Translations under genes and position numbers: made by a program
Shown: piece after piece, positions 39,301 through 48,077 of the stretch
How the letters are laid out: each line of letters starts with the position of its first letter
Position numbering within the stretch: position 1 is the stretch's first letter
Notes under the pieces: model-generated
The model's input: the letters and a program-made list of their open reading frames with translations, nothing else
What the model was told of the DNA's origin: nothing
The model's database searches: none
NCBI GenBank assembly: GCA_937930175.1
Contig: CALGLP010000012.1
Location: 1,130 to 65,129, forward strand
Direction of reading: 5' to 3'
Length of the DNA stretch: 64,000 bases
Origin: an uncultured bacterium
GTDB lineage: Bacteria > Omnitrophota > Gorgyraeia > Zapsychrales > Aceulaceae

Positions 39301-41917
39301 GTGTTTGATCGCTAGAGATCCGGATTTGCGCAGGAAGAATCTTAAATTTTCTCGAAAGAAATACGACCACGGCGAAAACATCTTTTCCCGATAACTCAGA
39401 AACCTCAAATGGTCCCGAAATCACCTGCGCTTTCGGCTCTGTATCGCGCAGCACAGAGGGAACGCTCGGAGACGCCTTGGCCTGCTGAAACGGAATCGGA
39501 GCTCCAAAAGAATCCTTATAAGAAACGACAACAAATCGTGGACCTGCCATCTCCACACCCATAACGGAACTATCTTGGAACGTGATCCATAATCCAGGGA
39601 TCTCGACAGGAAGAGGTTTATTTTCAGAGAAAATTTCCAAGACTTTATAAGGCGAAAGACTCATAGGAAAAATACCCTTAGGTCTTTTATTTACTGCCTC
39701 TGCAATAATCGCCGCCACTTTTTCAGGCGTGAGAGTAAGCGATAAATAAGGAATCTTTGCCGACTCTGTCGGCAGAACAGGCGTTGTTTGATTCGTGGGA
39801 CTTGGTGACTGGGTAAAATCAACATCCTGATTATTCTTGTCGACAACGCCTGAGATCTTCCAACTATTCTTAGAAAAATCCCTTGTAATCAAAATCTTCA
39901 AATCACCATACATCAAGGTAATGGAAACAATTTCTTCCAGCTTGTGAGCACGAGGATCATACTCTTCCAAGAAGAAATTTCCATGAGGAACGTTACGCAC
40001 CACAAACGTCTTTTCAGGGTTTCCATACCCTAAAGCTTCATTTATCTGCGCGGTAATCTCTTCAACAGAAAGCTTGGCGTCTAAATGCGGGATCTTGATA
40101 TTGGAAGATGTCTTGACGACTACTGCTGGACGGGCTGGTCGCTGTGGTAAATGATTAATTTCTACAACTTTCCATTGCGTATTGTCTTCATTTAAACTTT
40201 TTACTTTAACATAACTCGATCCGCCAAAATGGATCTCAACATAAATAATGTCATCGCTGCCATCAACCTCCATCCACATGCTTTCTATTGATTTCCATTC
40301 AGCCCACTCAAGATCCCTTTGTTCACCATCTGAAAAATACACAACTACTTTATCAATCATGCGTCCAGCGTATGTCTTCCACACATCATTTAGCATGGTC
40401 TCGCCAGACCCATTAATAATTTGATTGATCGCTAAACCAGACGATATACGTTTTTTACTCTTAAACGTATACACAACCCACTGGTCGGTGAGATTCTTTA
40501 ACTCTTTATAAGATCCACGCGGGGCAACGGCAACAACGCGGAAGTTACCGGAAATTATTTCGACTGGGCTTAGCGGCGCATTACCGGTCGTAATTTTAGC
40601 TTTTTTGCGATCAATGCTTTGATTATACTTTTTTAGAAGATACTTCCTAATTCGGTCTTGCTTCCATACTTTCGCGCCTTTCTCATCAATAAAATACCGC
40701 TTCTTTCTTTCCCATGGCGAGGTCGATCTTTGGCGAGGCTTAATCCGAGACTTTTTGTTAGACAGGACTGAGCTTATTTTAATATTGCCGCCTCCCTTGC
40801 CAACAATCGTTTCTATTTGACCAGACGTTGGAAAATTGGTCTGCGTTAAATTAATCTCAACCAATGGAATACCCCCGGAGAAATATTTTCGGGCAACATT
40901 ACGCTTGGCTTGAGCGTCGTACTCTGCACGGATCAAATTATACGCCCCTTGTTTGTAAGCAGTTAAATACGAATCATAAATCTTTTGCTTCACAGCCTTA
41001 TCCGTCAAATCAATACCGTTTATTTTGGATTTGTTGACATAGGCTTGACCTAAAAGACTATCTTTTAAATTCTTCTTAAACCATGTTCCTAAGATAAGGG
41101 CATTATAGGCCTGACGCAAGGCGGCAAAATGTTTTCCATTATTCACTTCTTTTTCAAGTTCGGGGATCACAATGTCGCGGACGATTTGGGAGGCAAGTTC
41201 TTGGCTCTTGGCTCTTGGCTCATTGGTTTTGCTATCAGCTATGAGCGATGAGCTCTGAGCTTTTTGCAGCGCGAGGTAATCCTCTTCCAGCATCACCTTT
41301 AAGGACGCCTCGGCCACAAAGGCCATGTTGCCATAGCGATACACAACCGCCTTGTCCGGCATGATCCATACCTTATTAAAAGTATCAACCGGGATCTGCG
41401 TGGTTTGATAGGTTTCATAGGCCTTTTTGTAAACCTTATCCCAAAACTTTTTTCCAAGATCGTTTTCAGGATGGATCATCGATGCGGTAAATTGTTTTAA
41501 GACATAGTCCTGCGCGAGCAAATCGCGGCCCAAATCCGTTTGTGCCAAGGCATCAGGAATGATCCGGTCTTTTTCATACGGAGAGAGATTGACCCACAAG
41601 TCTTTTTCAGGGATCGTCAGAGACGCCAAGAAATATTTGATCATCTTCTCCGATTCCTTCTTTAAAGCCTCGCCTTGAAGATTATCATCGCCATCATTCA
41701 CAATAAAATCAAACTGAAACGGGCTATCCGAGTGGACCTCAACACCTGTCATCATGGCCGGATGAAAGACTGGAGTTGGCGCAAGCAGAGTGCCAGGTGC
41801 GGGCAAGTTGAGCGCTTGAGCAAATCCAGAGGATGGCAAAATAAGATTGACAACAAAACAAACACAGACAAGGCAACGAATCGCCTTTGAGGACCAGTTT
41901 TTTCTAAATGTAAACAT
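36386..41917 (-). CDS. Giant secreted protein B (about 1843 aa from internal Met; ORF-track version 1888 aa to 42052) with family N-domain and C-terminal motif
   Basis: The internal Met at 41917 gives a good signal peptide (MFTFRKNWSSKAIRCLVCVCFVVNLILPSSGFAQA). Conserved N-domain blocks are present (FDFIVNDGDD, YFLASLT, WVNLSPYEKDRI, VDTFNKVWIMPDKA, LKVMLEEDYLA, LEKEVNNGK). The C-terminus is GGVDL...PIILEMTPINLPLQLG. No enzyme motif was recognised in the central 1400 aa. Confidence 0.7.
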   Translation of the reverse strand: MFTFRKNWSSKAIRCLVCVCFVVNLILPSSGFAQALNLPAPGTLLAPTPVFHPAMMTGVEVHSDSPFQFDFIVNDGDDNLQGEALKKESEKMIKYFLASLTIPEKDLWVNLSPYEKDRIIPDALAQTDLGRDLLAQDYVLKQFTASMIHPENDLGKKFWDKVYKKAYETYQTTQIPVDTFNKVWIMPDKAVVYRYGNMAFVAEASLKVMLEEDYLALQKAQSSSLIADSKTNEPRAKSQELASQIVRDIVIPELEKEVNNGKHFAALRQAYNALILGTWFKKNLKDSLLGQAYVNKSKINGIDLTDKAVKQKIYDSYLTAYKQGAYNLIRAEYDAQAKRNVARKYFSGGIPLVEINLTQTNFPTSGQIETIVGKGGGNIKISSVLSNKKSRIKPRQRSTSPWERKKRYFIDEKGAKVWKQDRIRKYLLKKYNQSIDRKKAKITTGNAPLSPVEIISGNFRVVAVAPRGSYKELKNLTDQWVVYTFKSKKRISSGLAINQIINGSGETMLNDVWKTYAGRMIDKVVVYFSDGEQRDLEWAEWKSIESMWMEVDGSDDIIYVEIHFGGSSYVKVKSLNEDNTQWKVVEINHLPQRPARPAVVVKTSSNIKIPHLDAKLSVEEITAQINEALGYGNPEKTFVVRNVPHGNFFLEEYDPRAHKLEEIVSITLMYGDLKILITRDFSKNSWKISGVVDKNNQDVDFTQSPSPTNQTTPVLPTESAKIPYLSLTLTPEKVAAIIAEAVNKRPKGIFPMSLSPYKVLEIFSENKPLPVEIPGLWITFQDSSVMGVEMAGPRFVVVSYKDSFGAPIPFQQAKASPSVPSVLRDTEPKAQVISGPFEVSELSGKDVFAVVVFLSRKFKILPAQIRISSDQTRIGVQDGQLTYLVFREHEEWYLLTTTLDNSSEEFGTSTNADKKKEKARKQRGPRVSIPSIDFIRSKSSITFRETSFSGVIRGRVDLSGVEIGENVVIESDYPGEFRFREQAAPWFYVDRTGKMQELKSLHVYIRPDGKVYKESYEEWIRDSLGLSLRNRASKDSNPKFIRPGFSLTRDELLVLMGKDLDPEADGQIWSILGILSLVRSRKFSVNRFSSESMTKAYNGEDALKILSDLFGREVTFQDLYGKAKESLGSFDMAFKIAENVNRALESSPEYRGLDEPSWIRQVILKELAKNGFAPAVAVSAPEKISSGLKTYSRVLSEEKVARLISEEYAYNGWKTIKTDILVGKVVVYQRGLKNAQRTITAQKSGDWKVTTVVSSSIKEKAESFKLPGSFETPDVINTQVLNKIGRYIGNPIIITKLGGTFEGPSFRGSCTDIFTITYQYSEGKVTLTKPSSMRGDWVVKFTASSSATNARKSINEQGDALVTWPNLDLILRGNKDEDGRYKKFIVDTRLISLIKTDKRLLPILARYAKEVLSRDLPPEDALTSKDIIFSPNNGGVDRYRFTEDNFLYFMDALLRLDAFAARALVRDLAESTHSGIGEDDFVRFAKAQLQGLGLTDELIPRLNELKDKMMDVDKEMHGDLLRDKRTVIQDLLSWALAKPSENSFTVNFYRDLNKKDSRYSTKEFSFDRFVVLASEFMALGGVPAEFIRSLINLRETAVDDKKTKARKQAAQQVYDLLVKDPNSLQSACVLHPDPSRFAETLKEEHGDLFEEAITIDPEVFKDDWQMRAWQKEVEAKLRKISQGARDGNKAKIIVPVIVKGNISTESHKTFGNNLRAYTQQFTNIRFALILSVDKDYRIFAGMVKNESSEDSQFMWDLVTSLGLFDFSVSSAPTGGVDLTQLYKELNIKTDDQGVPLAVPFQDMESIYIDILRPIILEMTPINLPLQLGFDIPQEPAVAEVVKG

Positions 41918-42182
41918 TATGTGGTATTTCCGTTTCTCCGTGGCGTGAGAAAAAGGTGGAGCCCAACAACTAAAGTCATCCGCCCTTCTAAGAAAAGGGC
42001 GAACATCCGCCGAAGCACCAATTACACCATTTTCGTATTCCTCCACGGACAAGCCCGTGGTATCCTGCGTAGGCGGATGGAGCTAAGATTTTAGCTTCAG
42101 GTTTTTTAAAAATATATTTTTTGTTGACTTTGTAAAAGGATAGCACTGGATTAAAGCTTTGACAAGGGCGCGAGGGACAATG

Positions 42183-42227
42183 ACTAAGGGCATAACCCAT
42201 TGTTTATCAATGGGTTATGCCCTTAGT
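42183..42227. repeat. Perfect 20-bp-stem palindrome (hairpin, 5-nt loop)
   Basis: actaagggcataacccattg tttat caatgggttatgcccttagt. There is no adjacent U-tract on either strand. It lies between the glycine-zipper lipoprotein gene and giant gene B. Confidence 0.6.
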
Positions 42228-42289
42228 AATAAAAAATTCTTTGTATTCTTAATAATTATATCAGACTTTTTAAAATAAGCCTCTAAAAA

Positions 42290-42751
42290 CTACTTTTTGG
42301 TTGACACCATGAAGCCAATCACTTTGTCGCTGACCTTATTATCTTTCAGATATTGCACGGTCTGCTCATCCATATCAAAAACAGAGCCCGTCTTTTGGAT
42401 CTCATCGATCACCACATCATCGGGCATGCCTTGCTTAACCATATCCACAACTTTTAAGATCGTAAGCTGAGTTGATGCAGCACTCGTAGCAAGTATTGTT
42501 TGAGGCGCAACCTTAGCCTCGTCATCAATGCCACTTCCAATCAAGGCCCCTGCGCCTGCGCCAACCGCGCCACCGATCAAAGCACCTTCAACACCATGAC
42601 CTCCTGTGTTATGACCCACAACACCTCCAGCCACAGCACCCAGGACACCGCCAATCCCAACCCCTTTTTTGGTATTTGATCCCATATTTTCACAACCAGC
42701 AAAAGCCAAGCTAACTAAGGCAACGGCAACAACAAAGACTTTGACGCTCAT
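42290..42751 (-). CDS. Glycine-zipper lipoprotein
   Basis: Signal peptide with lipobox-like LAFAGC, then a Gly-rich GxxxG zipper (GVGIGGVLGAVAGGVVGHNTGGHGVEGALIGGAVGAGAGALIG), then a roughly 70-aa C-terminal domain of unknown function. Confidence 0.5.
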   Translation of the reverse strand: MSVKVFVVAVALVSLAFAGCENMGSNTKKGVGIGGVLGAVAGGVVGHNTGGHGVEGALIGGAVGAGAGALIGSGIDDEAKVAPQTILATSAASTQLTILKVVDMVKQGMPDDVVIDEIQKTGSVFDMDEQTVQYLKDNKVSDKVIGFMVSTKK

Positions 42752-42793
42752 CTCTTCCCTCTCCCTTGTTAAATAATGTTAAAACAAAAACTA

Positions 42794-43507
42794 TTAAAAC
42801 GTCTTAAAACAGCATGGCACACCAACAGAAAAAACTCCAAACAGCGAAAGAGCTTTAAAAAGAAAATACATCGCAGCTAAAAACAAAATCGCAGCAGATA
42901 CCTGCTTGATGCACAAAAGCCATTTCCCGGATTTTGGCAAACGCGCTAATAATCCGCTAAAGGTTCCCACAAGAATAAGAGAAAATCCTACACCATAGGA
43001 AAAAACGAATAACAAGCTTAAGGCATGGATCCAATTTTGTTTTGACGAAATATAAAGTAAAAGAGTTCCCAAGATCGGCGCTGTACACGGGCCCACCACA
43101 AGCCCTGAGACCGCGCCAAATAAAAATACCGTCCATAAATTGCGGGGCCTGATTTTATTTTGCAGCTGAGTTCCTAGGGCCGGAAACGAAACGACGCCCA
43201 TCATGACAAGGCCGAAAAAAGTCAACACGCAGGCAACAAAGAGAAAAAGAAAAGGATTAGATTGAAGATGGCCAAAAAGACGGCCTGTCAGAACAGCAAA
43301 AAGGCCTAGCGCCGAATACGTAACCGCTAAACCCAAAACATAGACAAGAGAAATCACAAGTCCCATGAGTCGTGTCCCGCGGATATTAACGCCGGCGATA
43401 AAGCCTACGGTAATCGGCATCAAAGGATAGACGCACGGACTGAAGCTAACAAGAACGCCTGCGCCAAAAACAATAAAGTAATCAAAAAAGTTTCCGGATA
43501 ATTGCAT
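42794..43507 (-). CDS. ccdA: Cytochrome c biogenesis / thiol:disulfide interchange transmembrane protein CcdA (DsbD family)
   Basis: 237 aa polytopic membrane protein with SFSPCVYPLMP and GPCTAPILG cysteine motifs in TM helices, the DsbD/CcdA hallmarks. Confidence 0.7.
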   Translation of the reverse strand: MQLSGNFFDYFIVFGAGVLVSFSPCVYPLMPITVGFIAGVNIRGTRLMGLVISLVYVLGLAVTYSALGLFAVLTGRLFGHLQSNPFLFLFVACVLTFFGLVMMGVVSFPALGTQLQNKIRPRNLWTVFLFGAVSGLVVGPCTAPILGTLLLYISSKQNWIHALSLLFVFSYGVGFSLILVGTFSGLLARLPKSGKWLLCIKQVSAAILFLAAMYFLFKALSLFGVFSVGVPCCFKTF

Positions 43508-43565
43508 GGTGTTATTTTAGCATTTTTTCAGAAAAGAAAAAGGATTAAGGAAGGAAAATAATCAA

Positions 43566-43590
43566 GGGCGGCTCTTGACAAGAGCCGCCC
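43566..43590 (-). terminator. Candidate terminator of the PFOR gene
   Basis: Stem gggcggctctt / aagagccgccc (11 bp, 3-nt loop), 30 nt downstream of the PFOR stop. The minus-strand tail is UUGAUUAUUUU, a weak U-tract. Confidence 0.4.
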
Positions 43591-43619
43591 TTTGTTGTTT
43601 CTCAATTTCCTAAAACCTC

Positions 43620-46600
43620 TCACACTTTTTTCTTAGGCGCAAAGGCCTCTGACGCTAAGGCCTCATAGGCTGCCCAACGCTCATCCACATCCTTTTGCGC
43701 TTCAAGCAAAAGCTTCTTAGAGCGCTCAGGATCACTTGTCATCAAAGATTTAAAACGTGTTTCTTTAAGCGCGTACTCCTCAAAACTGATCTTGGGAGCC
43801 TGCGAATCTAGGATAAGCGGATTCTTGCCTTCATCTTTAAGCAAAGGATTATATCTAAAAAGCGGCCAATAGCCAGAAGCCACAGCTTCTTTCTGATAAT
43901 CCAATCCACGACCCATATTGATCCCATGGGCGATACAATGCGAATAGGCAATGATCAGTGATGGCCCAGGATAATGTTCCGCTTCTAAAAGTGCCTTCAC
44001 CGTATGCTCATCACGCGCGCCAAGCGCAACATTGGCAACATACACATTGCCATAGGTCATGATCATGCGCGCCAAATCTTTCTTGGGCGCAGGCTTGCCT
44101 GATGCGGCAAATTTGGCCACAGCACCGCGCGGGGTTGCCTTAGACATCTGTCCGCCGGTATTAGAATAAACTTCTGTATCCAAAACTAAGACATTGACAT
44201 CAAATCCTGATGCTAGCACATGGTCAAGCCCGCCGTAACCAATGTCATAGGCCCATCCATCCCCACCCATGATCCACACGCTCTTCTTAACAAGCGTATC
44301 GGCAAGGCTTAGCAGCTGTTTAGCATCGGATGAAGCATCGCTTTTCAGCTTTTCTTTTAAAATATCAACGCGCTTTCGCTGTTCATAAATATCAGGCTCT
44401 TCAATTTGCTTGGCCTCGATAATCGCTTTCGCGAGTTCCGTGCCAATCTTGCCTTCTAATCGCTTAACCAATTCACACGCATATTCCTGCTGCTTGTTCA
44501 AGGCGAGGCGAAAGCCGAGCCCAAATTCGGCATTATCTTCAAACAAAGAATTCGACCATGCAGGGCCGCGGCCATCCGTATTTTGAGCCCATGGCGTTGT
44601 CGGAAGATTCCCTCCGTAGATCGAGGTGCATCCGGTGGCGTTGGCCACAACCATGCGGTCACCAAAAAGCTGACTCACCATCCTGATATAAGGCGTTTCC
44701 CCGCAACCTGCGCAGGCACCCGAAAATTCAAACAAGGGCTGCAAAAACTGCGTACTGCGAATTGTTGATTTTGCCTTGGAACGATCAAGTAAAGGAATCT
44801 TATTAAAGAAAAACCAATTCTTTGACTCCTCAACTCGAAGCGGAGGCTGAGGATGCATATTGATCGCCTTCTTATTAGGATCAGCCTTATCTTTCACCGG
44901 ACATGTGGTCACGCAAAGACCGCAACCTGTACAATCTTCGGCCGCAACCTGAAGCGTAAATTCAAGGCCCGCCAGATCTTTATCTTTAGCGGGAACATGT
45001 TTAAACGTGCTTGGGGCTCCCGCCAGGGCCTTGGCGTCATAGGCCTTGGCGCGGATAACCGCGTGAGGACAGACAGCGCTACATTTACCGCACTGAATAC
45101 AAATATCTTTTTCCCAAACAGGAATCTGCAGAGCGATATTGCGTTTTTCCCATTGTGTGGTGGCTGTTGGAAACGTCCCATCGCAAGGAAAGGCACTTGT
45201 CGGCAACTCATCACCGCAATTGGCCATGATCTTGGCCAAAACCTTACGCACAAACTCTGGGGCCTCAGCAGAGACAACCGGAGGCATGTCAATCGTACTT
45301 GTGACTTGATTAGGATATTCAATCTTATGGAGATTTTCCAGGGTCTTATCAACCGCGGCAAAATTCATCTTGACAACATCGGCACCTTTCTTTCCATACG
45401 CATGCTCGATCGACTTCTTAATTTCTGCAATCGCCTGCTCACGCGGAAGAACACCTGAGATCGCAAAAAAACACGTTTGCATAATGGTATTGACACGTCC
45501 ACCCATGCCACTGGCCTCGGCGACCTTGTAACCGTCAATAACGTAAAACTGCAATTTCTTGTCGATCATCTGCTTTTGGACTTGCTTGGGCAACTGATTC
45601 CAAACCTCATCCTTGCTATAATAACTATTTAAAAGAAAGACGCCGCCCTCGTCCACATGGCGCAAGATATCATATTTCTCCAAGAAAACAAATTGATGGC
45701 ACGCCAAAAAGCTCGCGCGCGTGATCAAATACGGCGCATGGATCGGCTCGGGACCAAAGCGTAAATGCGATACCGTCATACTACCGGACTTTTTCGAATC
45801 GTATACGAAATAGCCTTGGGCATAATTAGGCGTATTCTCGCCAATAATTTTAATCGAATTGTGATTAGCACCCACAGTTCCATCGGAGCCAAGGCCGTAA
45901 AACACCGCACGCACGCTCTTGGGATTTTCCGTTGAAAACGAAGCGTCATAGACTAACGACGTGTGCGTGACGTCTTCATTGATACCAAGCGTAAAATGAT
46001 TTTTTAGCTCCTTCTTGGCCATCTCATCAAAAAGGCCTTTGGCCATAGCTGGAGTAAATTCTTTTGAGGAAAGGCCGTAGCGGCCGCCGATGATCTTGGG
46101 AAGCACGGCGAATTTCGTAGCACCCTTTTGCGCTAGCGCGTACACAACATCTAAGTAAAGCGGTTCCCCACCAGCGCCTGGTTCTTTGGCTCGGTCTAAA
46201 ACAGCAATGGTTTTCGTGGTCTTCGGTAAGGCCTCGATAAAAGCATTCACGGCAAAAGGACGATAAAGACGGACATTGAGAACGCCGACCTTTTCCCCTT
46301 TCTTCATTAAATACTGCACTGTATCGCGGCAAACTTCAGTTCCTGATCCCATGACAATAACAACGCGTTCCGCATCCGGCGCGCCAACATATTCAAAAAG
46401 TTGATATTGTCGTCCTGTAAGCTTGGCAAACTTGTCCATAGTCTTTTGAACAATCTCAGGACATTTATCGTAATAGCCATTCACAATTTCTCGCGCCTGG
46501 AAAAAGACATCAGGATTCTGCGCGGTTCCGCGAAGAACAGGCTTGTCGGGTGAAAGAGCGCGGGCGCGATGCGCGAAGACTTGGTCCTCACTAATCATAG

Positions 46601-47177
46601 ATTTGATATCATCATCACCTAAAAGTTCAATTTTCGCAAGCTCGTGGGAAGTTCTAAACCCATCAAAAAAATGCACAAAAGGAATCCTTGCTTCAAGGGT
46701 TGCGGCATGAGAAATAAGAGCCAAATCCATAACCTCTTGGACAGAGTTTGAGGACAAAAGCGCAAAACCTGTGGAACGCGCCGCCACGACATCAGAATGA
46801 TCACCAAAAATTGAAAGCGCGTGCGCAGCCACCGTACGGGCGGCGATGTGAAAAACCGTAGGTGTTAACTCTCCGGCAATTTTGAACATGTTGGGGATCA
46901 TCAGAAGCAACCCTTGCGAAGCGGTAAAGGTTGTCGCCAGCGCTCCACGCTGCAACGCACCGTGAATGGCCCCAGCAGCGCCGCCTTCACTTTGCATCTC
47001 TTGAACTAAAGGCGTTGTGCCCCAGACATTCTTGTGATTCTTGGCTGACCAGGCATCGGCCCATTCCCCCATGTTTGACGAAGGGGTGATTGGATAAATC
47101 GCGATAACTTCACTCACCTTAAACGCAACATGTGCCGCTGCTTCATTTCCGTCCATCATAATTTGTTTTCGTGCCAT
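43620..47177 (-). CDS. nifJ: Pyruvate:ferredoxin (flavodoxin) oxidoreductase, single-polypeptide form
   Basis: 1185 aa with 2x[4Fe-4S] ferredoxin motifs (CIQCGKCSAVCP; CTGCGLCVTTCP) and the TPP-binding region GGDGWAYDIGYGGLDHV. It is collinear with PFOR. Confidence 0.95.
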   Translation of the reverse strand: MARKQIMMDGNEAAAHVAFKVSEVIAIYPITPSSNMGEWADAWSAKNHKNVWGTTPLVQEMQSEGGAAGAIHGALQRGALATTFTASQGLLLMIPNMFKIAGELTPTVFHIAARTVAAHALSIFGDHSDVVAARSTGFALLSSNSVQEVMDLALISHAATLEARIPFVHFFDGFRTSHELAKIELLGDDDIKSMISEDQVFAHRARALSPDKPVLRGTAQNPDVFFQAREIVNGYYDKCPEIVQKTMDKFAKLTGRQYQLFEYVGAPDAERVVIVMGSGTEVCRDTVQYLMKKGEKVGVLNVRLYRPFAVNAFIEALPKTTKTIAVLDRAKEPGAGGEPLYLDVVYALAQKGATKFAVLPKIIGGRYGLSSKEFTPAMAKGLFDEMAKKELKNHFTLGINEDVTHTSLVYDASFSTENPKSVRAVFYGLGSDGTVGANHNSIKIIGENTPNYAQGYFVYDSKKSGSMTVSHLRFGPEPIHAPYLITRASFLACHQFVFLEKYDILRHVDEGGVFLLNSYYSKDEVWNQLPKQVQKQMIDKKLQFYVIDGYKVAEASGMGGRVNTIMQTCFFAISGVLPREQAIAEIKKSIEHAYGKKGADVVKMNFAAVDKTLENLHKIEYPNQVTSTIDMPPVVSAEAPEFVRKVLAKIMANCGDELPTSAFPCDGTFPTATTQWEKRNIALQIPVWEKDICIQCGKCSAVCPHAVIRAKAYDAKALAGAPSTFKHVPAKDKDLAGLEFTLQVAAEDCTGCGLCVTTCPVKDKADPNKKAINMHPQPPLRVEESKNWFFFNKIPLLDRSKAKSTIRSTQFLQPLFEFSGACAGCGETPYIRMVSQLFGDRMVVANATGCTSIYGGNLPTTPWAQNTDGRGPAWSNSLFEDNAEFGLGFRLALNKQQEYACELVKRLEGKIGTELAKAIIEAKQIEEPDIYEQRKRVDILKEKLKSDASSDAKQLLSLADTLVKKSVWIMGGDGWAYDIGYGGLDHVLASGFDVNVLVLDTEVYSNTGGQMSKATPRGAVAKFAASGKPAPKKDLARMIMTYGNVYVANVALGARDEHTVKALLEAEHYPGPSLIIAYSHCIAHGINMGRGLDYQKEAVASGYWPLFRYNPLLKDEGKNPLILDSQAPKISFEEYALKETRFKSLMTSDPERSKKLLLEAQKDVDERWAAYEALASEAFAPKKKV

Positions 47178-47405
47178 GTGTTCCTACCCTTTCTATACTA
47201 CTGAGCCCAGCTGAAGGTTGCCTTCCGGGCATTGGTACATATAAGTTAAATACTGAATGGTTGTCGTCAAAATGCAGGAATCTTTAAGAATTCTGAAATT
47301 ATAGCACTATTTAAATAAATGAAAAGGGAATAATTGGAAAAACTTAGGCTGGTTTTAAAGCCCCAAAGATAGCCAAAAAGATTCCTTTGCTGGAATCCGG
47401 ATGAC

Positions 47406-48077
47406 CTAATTCTTTTCCCAGTCTTTTTGGATCGCCTTAAACTCCTCTTCGCTGTACACGCGCTCATCCTTGAGGGCCTTATCTAGAATCGATTGGTCAG
47501 CAACAAACTCTTGCAAAAGATATCTCTTGGCTGAGGCTAATAGTGCAGATATTTCTTTCAACTCTTTGCTTGATATAAACTTATGAACAACTGTTGTGCG
47601 GAAATGATAATCGATACCAGAGTCAATAATGGCCTTGATACTTTCTTGGATATGCTGAGCATCAACCTTTACCCCGGCTGCCTCATCATATCGACCCAAA
47701 GAGGTTTTAATATCCATAGCAATATAATCAACAAGGCTTTCTTGAATGAGCTTTTTCAAGGCTTGCGGATTATTGCCATTGGTGTCGAGCTTAACGCAAT
47801 AGCCTAGAGCTTTGATTCTCTTGAGGAAATCTGGTAAATCACTATGGATGGTTGGCTCGCCCCCCGTGACAACAACACCGGTCAGTTGGCCTTGACGCTT
47901 GGCAAGAAACTGAAAGATACCTTCCTCGTCCATGGGAGGCAAAAACTTTTCCGGAATGACAAGATCGGCATTATGACAAAAAGGGCAGCGGAAGTCACAC
48001 CCTTGGGTGAAAATAACCGCTGCCACTTTTTTTGGATAATCGATCAGAGAAAACTTTTGAAACCCGCCTATTCGCAT
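47406..48077 (-). CDS. nrdG: Anaerobic ribonucleoside-triphosphate reductase activating protein
   Basis: 223 aa with the radical-SAM motif CDFRCPFCHN and a glycine-rich SAM motif (VVVTGGEP). It is directly downstream of, and overlapping, nrdD. Confidence 0.85.
   Translation of the reverse strand: MRIGGFQKFSLIDYPKKVAAVIFTQGCDFRCPFCHNADLVIPEKFLPPMDEEGIFQFLAKRQGQLTGVVVTGGEPTIHSDLPDFLKRIKALGYCVKLDTNGNNPQALKKLIQESLVDYIAMDIKTSLGRYDEAAGVKVDAQHIQESIKAIIDSGIDYHFRTTVVHKFISSKELKEISALLASAKRYLLQEFVADQSILDKALKDERVYSEEEFKAIQKDWEKN

Noticed and set aside
41988-42200. 70-aa minus-strand ORF spanning the 20-bp palindrome
   Set aside because: It lies entirely within a highly structured, hairpin-rich intergenic region. 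Its composition is driven by the palindromes and it has no RBS.
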